Shown here: positions 1-8,880 of the stretch, piece after piece
Layout of the letters: every line of letters starts with the position of its first letter
How positions within the stretch are numbered: the stretch's first letter is position 1
Source of the DNA: a virus
Lineage: Duplodnaviria; Caudoviricetes
Virus record (IMG/VR): IMGVR_UViG_3300047547_000110
Location: 1-57,699 of that record
DNA: 57,699 bases
Reading direction: 5' to 3' (one strand)
Program-made: the position numbers and the translations under genes
Notes under the pieces: model-generated
Told to the model about the DNA's origin: nothing
Databases searched by the model: none
The model's input: the letters and a program-made list of their open reading frames with translations, nothing else

Positions 1-22
1 GCCTTAGATAGCTGGAAGCTAT

Positions 23-50
23 AAGGGCCCTTCGGGGCCCTTTTTCTATT
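23..50 (+). terminator. Rho-independent terminator after the VRR-NUC gene (also at ~57539-57566)
   Basis: AGGGCCC-TTCG-GGGCCCT followed by a T tract. Confidence 0.85.
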
Positions 51-73
51 GCCCTAAAAAAAAGTTGCTGGAG

Positions 74-106
74 GGGGCTCCCAACGGTCGAAAACCCCCT
101 TATAAT
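74..106 (+). promoter_or_regulatory. Early promoter P1
   Basis: A-tract, GGGGCTCCCA, 17-bp spacer, TATAAT; same motif at 936-967 and 22760-22792. Confidence 0.75.
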
Positions 107-139
107 CATCCCATACCAACCAAACATTGGAGAATAAAC

Positions 140-895
140 ATGACGACCATCGCCAACACCATCCGCGCCGCCCTCGCTGCCGGCAAGACTAACGACCAAG
201 TGCTTGCCGACGTGAAAGCAGCTCACCCCAACGCAAATACCTCCGCTGCATGCGTGTCCTACTATCGCAGCAAGATGAAGAAGGCGGGTACGGCCACCGC
301 GAAGCCCGAGCCGACGGCTATCACCAAAGCGGTTGCTGCAGTGAGTGGCAATGCAGCCTACACGGTCAAGAATGTCAAGACCTTCATCGGTAATGAGGGT
401 CACGGCTTCAACGCCACCCTCTACCGAGATGGCAAGGCGATTGCATTCGTATATGACGACGCTTCGGGTGGGCCCGTTGCCTTCGAGTGGAAGGACCGCG
501 TCGACGGCCTCGTTGAAGTGGCTACGAAGGACTATAAGGGCGAGCCTTGGACTGTCAAAATGACCAATGAAGAGAAGGCCTACCATGCCTTCGTGAGCGC
601 TCTTCCTAAGCATGTGTGCTCCTTCACGGATGACGACGGCAAGCCCGTGGAGATGGATGTCAATATGGAGATGCACGTCTCTGACCTCGTGAACGATGTG
701 CTCACCTTGCGTGACATTGCTCGCATGACTAAGGGCAAGATCGCTTTTGTGAAGACCGATGGCAAGCTCTACACCATCAAGTGCGAGCCCAACGACAAGA
801 ACATCGCCGCCATCAAGGCCAAGCACGCTGGTTGTGTGATTTTGAATGGTATGAGCGACGTCGCGGCCCTCGCTACGATGCGCGCCCTCTCTTGA
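140..895 (+). CDS. Early hypothetical protein with N-terminal helical (HTH-like) domain
   Basis: ATG at 140 after GGAG RBS; N-terminal GKTNDQVLADVK..HPNANTS..CVSYYRSKM paralogous to 1031-1603 and 52646-53122. Confidence 0.8.
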   Translation: MTTIANTIRAALAAGKTNDQVLADVKAAHPNANTSAACVSYYRSKMKKAGTATAKPEPTAITKAVAAVSGNAAYTVKNVKTFIGNEGHGFNATLYRDGKAIAFVYDDASGGPVAFEWKDRVDGLVEVATKDYKGEPWTVKMTNEEKAYHAFVSALPKHVCSFTDDDGKPVEMDVNMEMHVSDLVNDVLTLRDIARMTKGKIAFVKTDGKLYTIKCEPNDKNIAAIKAKHAGCVILNGMSDVAALATMRALS

Positions 896-935
896 TGCCA
901 TCATTTACAAAAATAATGGAAAATTGGCGCCCGAG

Positions 936-967
936 GGGGCTCCCAATCCCCACCATTAGTGCATAAT
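936..967 (+). promoter_or_regulatory. Early promoter P2
   Basis: GGGGCTCCCA, 16-bp spacer, CATAAT, A-rich upstream. Confidence 0.7.
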
Positions 968-1030
968 GGATTCCATCGACACACGCAATGCGTCGATGCC
1001 CAAACCGAACCAACCTTTTAGGAGAATGAC

Positions 1031-1603
1031 ATGACGAAGCTGACCGAACAATCCAACATCACCGACATCGCTGCAGTGTACAACGAGCTCAAGGGCACCA
1101 ACACGGATGCCAAGACCCTCGGCAAACGATGCAAGGCCAAGCTGCTGGCCCAAATCGACGCCATGCTCGAAGCGCAAGCCGAGAAGAAGGCGGAGGAGCA
1201 GTCCACCAAGGAGGAAGCTCCAAAGGTGGAAGAAGCCCCGAAGCCGAGCGCATTGGGTCATCTCGTGCAGCACATGGCGGAAGTGACTGACAAGACCGAG
1301 GCCGCTCCTACCAAGCCGAAGGCGAAGCGTGAGCCGAAGGCCCCGAAAGAGAAAAAGGAGAAGGGCCCCGTCATCCGCGTCGTCGCTGAGGCTCTGCTGC
1401 TCGAAGTCGTCACCCATGACGAAGACAAGCGTCCGTACGGTCACTCCTACGACGAAATTCTGAATCGCATCCATGCACAATTCGAGGGTGCGAAGACGAC
1501 GGTGGCGTGCCTGCGTTGGTACGCTGTCCACATGCGTGAGCGTGGCGAGAAGGTTCCGAACCGTCCGCGCGCTACCCCTACCACTGTGAAGAAGGAGGCT
1601 TGA
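1031..1603 (+). CDS. Early Lys/Ala/Glu-rich protein with C-terminal HTH-like domain
   Basis: AGGAG RBS; C-terminal YDEILNRIHAQFEGAKTTVACLRWY paralogous domain. Confidence 0.8.
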   Translation: MTKLTEQSNITDIAAVYNELKGTNTDAKTLGKRCKAKLLAQIDAMLEAQAEKKAEEQSTKEEAPKVEEAPKPSALGHLVQHMAEVTDKTEAAPTKPKAKREPKAPKEKKEKGPVIRVVAEALLLEVVTHDEDKRPYGHSYDEILNRIHAQFEGAKTTVACLRWYAVHMRERGEKVPNRPRATPTTVKKEA

Positions 1604-1893
1604 TCGCCATGCCCACAATGTTGACCTACATTGCGGGCGCCCCTTACTATGAGGGCGCCCGTGAAGCAATCGCCAAACTGAAGGAGGGCGACAAGCTCCT
1701 TCTCGTCCGTGAGCCCAACAACGAATACGACCGCAACGCCGTGGCCGTGCATGGAGTCGATGGGCTCAAGTTGGGCCATGTGCCGAGGGTCGATGCTCCG
1801 ACCATCGCCAAGGTCCTTGACCGCGAATTGCCCTACACGTGCAAGCGTAAGGGCATCTCTTCAACCGCCATTGACATCTCGTGGGAGGCATAA
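1600..1893 (+). CDS. HIRAN-domain protein
   Basis: IAGAPYY...LLLVREPNNEYDRNAVAV...KLGHVPR matches the HIRAN signature. Confidence 0.85.
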   Translation: MIAMPTMLTYIAGAPYYEGAREAIAKLKEGDKLLLVREPNNEYDRNAVAVHGVDGLKLGHVPRVDAPTIAKVLDRELPYTCKRKGISSTAIDISWEA

Positions 1894-1894
1894 C

Positions 1895-2188
1895 ATGGAC
1901 GACAATCAAGAGGAAGGCTTGACACCTGATGAATTGGTGGCGGTACTCACCGGCCGCTGCGTGCATGAGGTCCAACTCGGCCGACTCATGGGCTTGCTCG
2001 GTCTTGCTGCTGCCAACGCAGGCGGCAAGTTGGAGCTCAAGCTTGATGACCTCAAAGCTCTTGACGGCAAGGGCATTGGAATTGCCTTTGACGAAAAGGC
2101 GGGCACGGCCACGGTTGAGCTCTTGGACGCCCCTAAGGGTGATGACATTAAACCGACGCACTTCGCGGCGTCCAACATGCGCCACTAA
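1895..2188 (+). CDS. Hypothetical protein
   Basis: ATG after GGAGG; in operon with upstream genes. Confidence 0.7.
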   Translation: MDDNQEEGLTPDELVAVLTGRCVHEVQLGRLMGLLGLAAANAGGKLELKLDDLKALDGKGIGIAFDEKAGTATVELLDAPKGDDIKPTHFAASNMRH

Positions 2189-2205
2189 GGCATAAGGAGA
2201 CTGAG

Positions 2206-2457
2206 ATGCAATACGAGACAAAGACCCGCAGTATGGGCCGGCTGGGCTACGTCGCCATGTTCGTGGCAGTAGCCATGCTCACCTTGTTGGTGCTACACCA
2301 ATTCATCGTGCTGCTGGATCGTCCTGAAGTCCATGTCTCGTACAGCACTGGTCAGTGCGTCGAGGTAGTGGACCATAAGGCCAAGCACGAAGGCAAGCGG
2401 TCAGAATGGTCCTGCGACAAGCTGCCTGAGACCTACGAACGCATCTGGGTGTATTGA
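2206..2457 (+). CDS. Small membrane protein
   Basis: AAGGAG RBS; N-terminal hydrophobic helix, two Cys. Confidence 0.7.
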   Translation: MQYETKTRSMGRLGYVAMFVAVAMLTLLVLHQFIVLLDRPEVHVSYSTGQCVEVVDHKAKHEGKRSEWSCDKLPETYERIWVY

Positions 2458-2526
2458 CGGCTCGACCGGCAAGGCCAGTGTGTCATGATGCCTTCTCGGG
2501 GATGGTCCCCACGGAGGCATTTTATT

Positions 2527-2709
2527 ATGTACGATCAGGAAGGGGATGAGGATGGTTTGGGCTGCGCTCGCGGCCTTATGGTGGCGGTTCCTGTGGGGAT
2601 TTTGATGTGGATCGCGATCATCGGTGCTGTGATGCTGATCCGGGGCTGCCACGACGAGCCTGTGGCGCAATTCAGGTCAGCTCCGGCAGTCGAGGTGCAT
2701 GTCACCTAG
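2527..2709 (+). CDS. Small membrane protein
   Basis: GGAGG RBS, ATG at 2527, one TM helix; promoter-like GGCTCGAC-N17-CATGAT at 2459-2489. Confidence 0.6.
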   Translation: MYDQEGDEDGLGCARGLMVAVPVGILMWIAIIGAVMLIRGCHDEPVAQFRSAPAVEVHVT

Positions 2710-2761
2710 GCGCTGAGCCGGGCTACTCGGCCCGAGAGCTAAAACATAGACCTGAAGTAAG

Positions 2762-2787
2762 AAAAAGACACCGCCAGGCGGCGGTGT
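2762..2787 (-). terminator. Terminator ending the late (lysis) transcript at the convergence point
   Basis: ACACCGCC-GCCT-GGCGGTGT then CTTTTT on the minus strand. Confidence 0.75.
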
Positions 2788-2845
2788 TAAAGGCTCAGGC
2801 GGGCGTGAAGGAGAGGAACCCAACCGCCTGAGGCCGCGGGGCTTG

Positions 2846-3244
2846 TCACTTGCCTACGAACTCCTTGATGCCAACCCAAAGGGCGGCAAGCATACCGCTG
2901 ACGAGAATGCCCATGACGGTGAGCAGGCCTTTCGACTTGATGCTCTCGGTCGTGTTGCGCCACTCGCGGAGGTGCTGGAAGTCCTTTTGAACTTCAATGG
3001 GATCATCGACTTTCACCCCGAGCATGAGGAACGTCTCACGGACGGCCTCACGGATCAAGGCACGAGCCTCTTCGGGGGTCAGGTTCTGGAGCTGCTGCTC
3101 GGGGCCAGGTCGGTTGTTTTCACTCACTTCGTTCCCTCCCGGGCAGAATGGTAGTTCAGGGCTATCGCTGCGCCGGCGTCCAAAGACGGCTTCAGCAACG
3201 GCAGCCCGCACTGGGTTGCATTGTGTTCTCCGATCATCATTCAC
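2846..3244 (-). CDS. Membrane protein downstream of the spanins
   Basis: C-terminal TM helix; last gene of the lysis operon; start uncertain. Confidence 0.7.
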   Translation of the reverse strand: MNDDRRTQCNPVRAAVAEAVFGRRRSDSPELPFCPGGNEVSENNRPGPEQQLQNLTPEEARALIREAVRETFLMLGVKVDDPIEVQKDFQHLREWRNTTESIKSKGLLTVMGILVSGMLAALWVGIKEFVGK

Positions 3245-3621
3245 TTCCCGCCCTTCCCGTCGCCTTCAGGCACGGGCTGCTGCCGTGTCCGGCGGTAGAA
3301 GTCGAGCTGATAGCTGGCTTCACGAGCCCAGCGTACCATCTCAGACATGTTGCGAGAAAGTGCCTCGTATCCGCGGGCAGGCAAGGCGAACAACGCCTCG
3401 CCCTCGACTTCAACGACCTGCCAGCGGACCGTCTCGAGCTTAACCGGCTCAGGAGCCGGGAGCACGGGCAGCGGGGGCTGCTTGGTCTCCGTTGGAGGTT
3501 GGAGCTTGGGTGGAGTGCTCGAGCAGGCGGATAACCCGATCAGAGCCATCGTTAACCCGGCGCTCAATAAGACCCGGCTTACGCTTGGCGAGCGCGCCGA
3601 GGTCATGCTTGGATAGGACAT
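3241..3621 (-). CDS. o-spanin (Rz1-like lipoprotein)
   Basis: Lipobox LSAC followed by Pro-rich segment; overlaps the i-spanin in another frame. Confidence 0.8.
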   Translation of the reverse strand: MSYPSMTSARSPSVSRVLLSAGLTMALIGLSACSSTPPKLQPPTETKQPPLPVLPAPEPVKLETVRWQVVEVEGEALFALPARGYEALSRNMSEMVRWAREASYQLDFYRRTRQQPVPEGDGKGGK

Positions 3622-3910
3622 CCTTAAGCTCCCTCGAGTATGCGCCAGCCTCACGCTGGGCGGTTGAAAAGTCCTCCAGCGCCTTAGCTTGCACCTTTGC
3701 CGCCGAGTCCCATGCGTCGATGGACTTCTCGAAGGCGTCGGCCCGTGCTTTCTCGCGGGAGACATCTTCCGTCAAAGTCGCAACCTGCCCGGTGAGCTGA
3801 GCATTGGCCTCGACTAAGCCAGAGTAATGGCGATATGATAACGCAACTGCCGTTGCCAAAGCAACCCCAATTGCGATGCCAACGTATGCTTTCCAGCTCA
3901 AACCGAACAT
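3449..3910 (-). CDS. i-spanin (Rz-like)
   Basis: N-terminal TM helix then coiled coil; directly after endolysin. Confidence 0.8.
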   Translation of the reverse strand: MFGLSWKAYVGIAIGVALATAVALSYRHYSGLVEANAQLTGQVATLTEDVSREKARADAFEKSIDAWDSAAKVQAKALEDFSTAQREAGAYSRELKDVLSKHDLGALAKRKPGLIERRVNDGSDRVIRLLEHSTQAPTSNGDQAAPAARAPGS

Positions 3911-3920
3911 GATCTTCTCC

Positions 3921-4421
3921 TTAAGGGTAGATGCTGGAGGGCAGCTCGAAATGAGGCCCATCCAGGAATGCCTTCTTGCCTGCAGCCTTGCGGCGAGTGA
4001 CATAGCCGGCGACTTCGTCTTCCATGTCTCCAGCGAGGTCGGCCAGCGTCTTGTCCCAAACCCCGCCCCAACGGATGGGGACCTGGAGCTCAAGACTTGC
4101 CCGGCGCACAGCGTCCGCCACGCGATAGCAGAGATTCCAGTCCCACCGCAGTTCGGCCTTGCCATCACCATCGAAGTCGATCAGTGGCACCAAGTCAACC
4201 GCGTGGCCGAGGCCGTCAGAACCAGGGAGATGGCGGGAGTCCATGGTCTGGCTTGCTCCCTGTGCGACCAGCTTGGCTTGGCGAGCGCGAGTGCGCAAGC
4301 CTTCATAGACCTGGAAGTCGACCGATGTGACCTGGATGGCACGTTCTACCACGCGAATAAGGTCAGGGTGAACGCCTGCCAGGCTTTGACGGGACTTAGT
4401 CCCTAGTACGAAAGTAGTCAT
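3921..4421 (-). CDS. Endolysin, peptidase M15 family (L-Ala-D-Glu peptidase type)
   Basis: EGLRT..RQ, SRH, GHAVD, WGG.W, DGPHFEL motifs. Confidence 0.9.
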   Translation of the reverse strand: MTTFVLGTKSRQSLAGVHPDLIRVVERAIQVTSVDFQVYEGLRTRARQAKLVAQGASQTMDSRHLPGSDGLGHAVDLVPLIDFDGDGKAELRWDWNLCYRVADAVRRASLELQVPIRWGGVWDKTLADLAGDMEDEVAGYVTRRKAAGKKAFLDGPHFELPSSIYP

Positions 4422-4738
4422 GGCTCATCCTCTATTTTTGCTGATGCCCCAGGGCCTGGGGCGGGCTTACTCGGCCGAGCTGCAGCCATTGCAGCAGGGC
4501 CCTTGATCTTTGCTATGCTGACGTCTTCCCAGGTGGCTCCGAACACGTACGAGCCAACTATGCCGATGAGAGTCAAGAAGGCCATGGTCACGGCGGTGTC
4601 TGCCGGCCCGGTGGCCAATCCTTTCCACAGGATATAGGCGATGGTCCACATGCAGAAAGCCGCCACCGCAAACATGAAGCGGCGGCGAATCTTCCAGCTC
4701 GACGCCGGGATGGGGTTGCGCAGTTTGTCATCATCCAT
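4418..4738 (-). CDS. Holin
   Basis: Two TM helices, basic WKIRRR N-region, upstream of endolysin. Confidence 0.7.
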   Translation of the reverse strand: MDDDKLRNPIPASSWKIRRRFMFAVAAFCMWTIAYILWKGLATGPADTAVTMAFLTLIGIVGSYVFGATWEDVSIAKIKGPAAMAAARPSKPAPGPGASAKIEDEP

Positions 4739-7700
4739 CACGACGTCTTCTCCATGCGCTTGTTCTCGTTTGCGCCCCACGTCAAGCCGGTCTCAAACCA
4801 CACAGGCACCCAGGTTGTGCCGTCTGTGCTGGCTTCAATCTCCACGTCGGTCGGCATCTTGGTTGCATCGCCGGTCGGGTTGCGAAGCTCCACGGCGGTC
4901 ACATCTACAGCTGAGCCCATGTCGTATGCTACCCAGGCCGTGCCGTTCGCGATCTGAGCGGCTGTGCCAGTCCAGAAAGTCGCCGGGTCATTGTCGTCCA
5001 CGTTCGCAAGGCCTGAGCCAGCGCCTTGGGACTTCGTGTAGCCAGTATGCTTCGTCGCGCCATTAAAGAACGCCAGCTCTGCATAGGTGACATCCGTTCC
5101 AATCGAAGCCGCTGTGCGTAGGCGCCAGTAGCGACGTGTGCCGGTGTTGTAGTTGCGGATCGTGGACTTGGTCCAGGTGGTGCCATTCGAGGAGTACCAG
5201 GGCTCATTGGCGCCACCGGATGCCGTAGGGCGCGACCCTACAACATTCGTGCCATTGGCGCGCAAAGCCGTAGGGTAATTTGCCAGTGCAGTACGTGTCC
5301 AGGTAGCTCCGTCGTCCGTGCTGACATTCAATCCGCCAGGACCTGTTGCGACGTAGCCGCTCGCACCAAAGGCCTCGACCTCTTGGAAGTCATTGCCAGT
5401 CGAGGCCCCGCTGACCATTGCCACTTCGCTGACCAGGGTGAAGTTCAGCCCGTCAGTTGAGCGCAGGACGAGTTCCTTCATCGTGCCGTCACCTACGTTG
5501 CGGCGACCCATGGCAGTGATGACAAAGCTTGTCGCGCTGCGGGCTGCAACACCATACGGGCGGAAGAACTGCCATCCACCAGTCACGGCAGCCGGATAGT
5601 CGTAGTAGCCAGAACCCGGGCACACAGACCAGCTCAGCAGGTTGGTGGAACGCATCAGGAGCACACTATCTGCCTGGAATTGTGAGCCCTTGCCAGAGTG
5701 GAAGGCATACCAGTAGGACCCTACCTTGAAGAGCTCCATCCACATGCCCGTGTACCACGTCCAGCCCGAGCCGATACTCGGCAGAGTCATGCTGCCGAGG
5801 TTGCTCCAGCTTAGACCGTCAGTGGACGTCTGCACCGTCTTGTCGTTCATGATGCGGACAAAGCGGGAATTGGAAGCGTCCCAAGCAATGCACAACGGCA
5901 AGGCGCCGGTGATGTTTGAGGTGGTCCACGGCCGAGGCGGATAAGAGCGGGCGAAGTCGGCCACCTGTGTGTTGTACCAAGGGGCAGACGAACCCACCGA
6001 AGCATAGTATTTCGGGAAGGACGCATACCGATTGGAGCCACGTGCCATGCCAGGCTTCTGACGGCTGAACATGTTGCCGCCGTCCAGGGTGCCCATGTAC
6101 TCGAACGTCACACCGCCATCAGTCGACCCATAGAAACGAGTCACCGCGTATTGGCTTGCTGCCGGGCCGGCATAGGCTTGGCTTGCTGCTAGGAAGCGCG
6201 TGCCGTCATAGAGGTAGTTCTCCATGGCGACCGATGAGCCAAAGCCTGGACCGATCGGCTGGCCAGTTTCATCGACCCGCACGAACTCGTCATATTGGCG
6301 CAACAGGGATTCAACGCCTGCCCGCACTGAGTAGACCTCTGCACGGATATTGGCCACGCTGCCAAGGTCCAGGGTAGTGAAGGATGCGCTTGTGCCCGTC
6401 AGGCCGCTGAGTGTCTTAATCACAGCGCTCGTGGACGAGTTGAGCACCCGGGCGACATAGGTTGTGCCCGCCTCGGGTCCGACGTTGGCAGCGTTCTGGT
6501 CAACCAGAGTCTGGGCAGTCTGCTGGATGCGATCACGGTGTGCCCAGGCCAGGGACACGCCATCATAGCCACTGATTTGCGCCGGGTAGACGTTGCCATT
6601 GACCGTGAACTTGCCAGGCGGGTACGGACGCCACTGGCGGCCTGACGTCGCATTGACTGCCAGGGTGTCAGTTGCGCCGGAGCCCAGTGCCAAGGTGCCT
6701 TGGCCCGTGGTGGTCAGCATACGAACGCTGACCGACTCACCCAGGGCGTACTCATTGGGCAGCTCGACGACCGAAGGATTGTCCCCGCTACCGAGGAAGA
6801 TCAGACGGGTGTTGGAGGCGATCGGCACGGGAACCGTATCCAGCATGCCACGCTTGACCGTGACAAGGGTGTCAGTGATAGACACCACTTGCACCAGTTC
6901 GCGGGTGTTGATAGCTCCAGTGCCCACTGCAGCAACGTCTCCGACGGCAACCAGGTCGAGGTCAAGCCCGCCGGTGATTGCGAGCGCGGTGTCAGCCTGG
7001 CCGTAAGCGGCCGAGATGACCGCCGTCGGGCAGAAGTTCGCCACGGCCTGCTGTTGATAGCCTGCACCCTCATCGACGTAAATCTGGGCGCTGTACGCAG
7101 AGCCACCGGGGTTGGTGCCGCCGATCATCATGTAGGAAGCCGTCTGCGGGAGAGCAGCTGCCGCCGAGTCGCCGAGGGTGCGAGCGATCAGGTAGTAAGG
7201 CACCTCTGTCAGCAGACGGAAAGGCACAGGCGTCGGAGCGCCAATCGGATTAGTCCATTCACTAGGCGGTGGTGGCGAGTAGATTGCACTCGACAGAGCG
7301 AACACGTCTTCCACGACAGACAGCTTGATGAGGTTGCTCGTCAGCTCACCGAGCTCGATATTGGTCACCCGAAACACGACCTGCGAGATACCGTACTCAG
7401 CCCAGGCAAAGCGAAAGACGTCACCGATATTCAGGCTTGCAGCCTTGCGTGTGACGTACAAAGTAGCGGAAGCCAAAGGAGTGGACAAGGCCTTCAGGTC
7501 ACGAGCTGCCGCCCGCGTGGCGATGGTTCCGTTGGTGAAGCCAGGATACTGAGAAGTCGTGCCGACTGTGGCGCCCTGACTGGCGGCAAGAGCAATGTCC
7601 TGCACAGTCACAGAGTTGTTCTTGCCAGTCGACTTGTCCCAGAAAACCACGCTCACCTGGTTGGTGAGTTCGGCCACGGTTGAGCGCTTGAAGTCCGTCA

Positions 7701-8445
7701 CCCGCTCCACGACCGCCTCGTCGAGAAGCATCAGTGACGGGATGTCATACCCGCCACGGGCAAGCTTGATGACAAACTGGCCCGTGGTCCGGTCAGTGTA
7801 CAGAGACCCGTCGATGTGCCGCAGCACGATCGCCAGGAAGTCAGAAAGCTGCTGCTGCTTATCCCAAAGGATGGACATGCCCATGCCTTCTGCGTGCAGA
7901 ATATCCGCTGCAGCCGTGAAGGAGGTGTTGTCCACGTCGGCTTCAGGGTAGCCCATGCCCCAGTCGGGATCGGTGAGCACTTCGCGCAAGATGTGCGCCG
8001 GGTTCATGTCACCACCGACGTCAGCCTTTGCCGCATACCATTGAGCGATGCCGTCCTGGCGGAGCTGGATGCGCGTGGCACGAATAGCCCAGCGCTTCAA
8101 GTAGGGGTTGTTGCCCAAGTAGCACTGGCGGAATACCAGGCCGAGCACGCGGCGGAAAGCGGGGATGGCTGCGCCAAGCTGGCTCTGCAGGTAGGCGTTA
8201 CGCCCCTGCGACGGCAAGCCCATCTCAATGTCGATCGTGCCTGACACGCCGCCCTCGCGCTCATCACCGCCGAACAACATCGGGGCGTTGACCACCACGG
8301 CTCCGCCGGTGCTCGTGCCACTCCAGGCCGCTTTGCCGTCCACGCTGAACCGAGTCACCTTGTCGACTGGCCCATGGCACATGATGGCGTGCATGCCTAG
8401 ATAGTATTTGTACCCTACGGTCTGCGCCTTGCTACTTCCGCCCAT
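4738..8445 (-). CDS. Tail tip / host-specificity protein with C-terminal beta-propeller-like and discoidin-like regions
   Basis: MGGSSK start, DMNPAHI motif of GTA-like tail-tip proteins; S.DG..W Asp-box repeats; F5/8-C-like C-terminus. Confidence 0.85.
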   Translation of the reverse strand: MGGSSKAQTVGYKYYLGMHAIMCHGPVDKVTRFSVDGKAAWSGTSTGGAVVVNAPMLFGGDEREGGVSGTIDIEMGLPSQGRNAYLQSQLGAAIPAFRRVLGLVFRQCYLGNNPYLKRWAIRATRIQLRQDGIAQWYAAKADVGGDMNPAHILREVLTDPDWGMGYPEADVDNTSFTAAADILHAEGMGMSILWDKQQQLSDFLAIVLRHIDGSLYTDRTTGQFVIKLARGGYDIPSLMLLDEAVVERVTDFKRSTVAELTNQVSVVFWDKSTGKNNSVTVQDIALAASQGATVGTTSQYPGFTNGTIATRAAARDLKALSTPLASATLYVTRKAASLNIGDVFRFAWAEYGISQVVFRVTNIELGELTSNLIKLSVVEDVFALSSAIYSPPPPSEWTNPIGAPTPVPFRLLTEVPYYLIARTLGDSAAAALPQTASYMMIGGTNPGGSAYSAQIYVDEGAGYQQQAVANFCPTAVISAAYGQADTALAITGGLDLDLVAVGDVAAVGTGAINTRELVQVVSITDTLVTVKRGMLDTVPVPIASNTRLIFLGSGDNPSVVELPNEYALGESVSVRMLTTTGQGTLALGSGATDTLAVNATSGRQWRPYPPGKFTVNGNVYPAQISGYDGVSLAWAHRDRIQQTAQTLVDQNAANVGPEAGTTYVARVLNSSTSAVIKTLSGLTGTSASFTTLDLGSVANIRAEVYSVRAGVESLLRQYDEFVRVDETGQPIGPGFGSSVAMENYLYDGTRFLAASQAYAGPAASQYAVTRFYGSTDGGVTFEYMGTLDGGNMFSRQKPGMARGSNRYASFPKYYASVGSSAPWYNTQVADFARSYPPRPWTTSNITGALPLCIAWDASNSRFVRIMNDKTVQTSTDGLSWSNLGSMTLPSIGSGWTWYTGMWMELFKVGSYWYAFHSGKGSQFQADSVLLMRSTNLLSWSVCPGSGYYDYPAAVTGGWQFFRPYGVAARSATSFVITAMGRRNVGDGTMKELVLRSTDGLNFTLVSEVAMVSGASTGNDFQEVEAFGASGYVATGPGGLNVSTDDGATWTRTALANYPTALRANGTNVVGSRPTASGGANEPWYSSNGTTWTKSTIRNYNTGTRRYWRLRTAASIGTDVTYAELAFFNGATKHTGYTKSQGAGSGLANVDDNDPATFWTGTAAQIANGTAWVAYDMGSAVDVTAVELRNPTGDATKMPTDVEIEASTDGTTWVPVWFETGLTWGANENKRMEKTS

Positions 8446-8644
8446 TGCGAGCCTCCTCAATTGCTGCGAGAGCCATGCCGTCACCGGTGGCTATCAAGTC
8501 ATCCTCCCCGACACCTTCTTGAAGGAAGGCACCGTAGTCCAGGCCATGCCTGGCGAAGAAGGCGCGAACGCCGCCGGAGCAGTAACCCAGGCGGCGAAGG
8601 TGCTCCATGCGCACCACTGTTTTGTTGTCGGCTTCGTCTGTCAC
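8432..8644 (-). CDS. Small tail assembly protein
   Basis: YCSGGVRAFFARHGLD pattern and position before the tail tip gene. Confidence 0.7.
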   Translation of the reverse strand: MTDEADNKTVVRMEHLRRLGYCSGGVRAFFARHGLDYGAFLQEGVGEDDLIATGDGMALAAIEEARNGRK

Positions 8645-8871
8645 TTCTTGCCGCCCTTCTTCTTGATGGGTACAGCTCGGAAGTGCCCATACCAGACGAT
8701 GTTGGGACCTTCTAGGTCCCTCTCACCGAATAGCACAGGAATCTCGCGGCCGACCTCAGCCGTTGGAGCTGTCACATCACCGAGACCCGCCGGCTTGGCG
8801 TTCTCCGGCTTGGGCATCATCGAGTAGGAGACGACCAGTGCGACGATGAAGACTACGATATACCACCACAT
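8641..8871 (-). CDS. Small tail assembly protein
   Basis: Hydrophobic N-terminus, PTAEVGREIPVLFG motif, KKKGGKK end. Confidence 0.75.
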   Translation of the reverse strand: MWWYIVVFIVALVVSYSMMPKPENAKPAGLGDVTAPTAEVGREIPVLFGERDLEGPNIVWYGHFRAVPIKKKGGKK

Positions 8872-8880
8872 AGGGGCCTC

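Larger units (their letters stand above)
1..182. repeat. Terminal direct repeat / circular assembly overlap, left copy
   Basis: Identical to 57517-57699 except a poly-A run of 8 vs 9 A. Confidence 0.95.
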
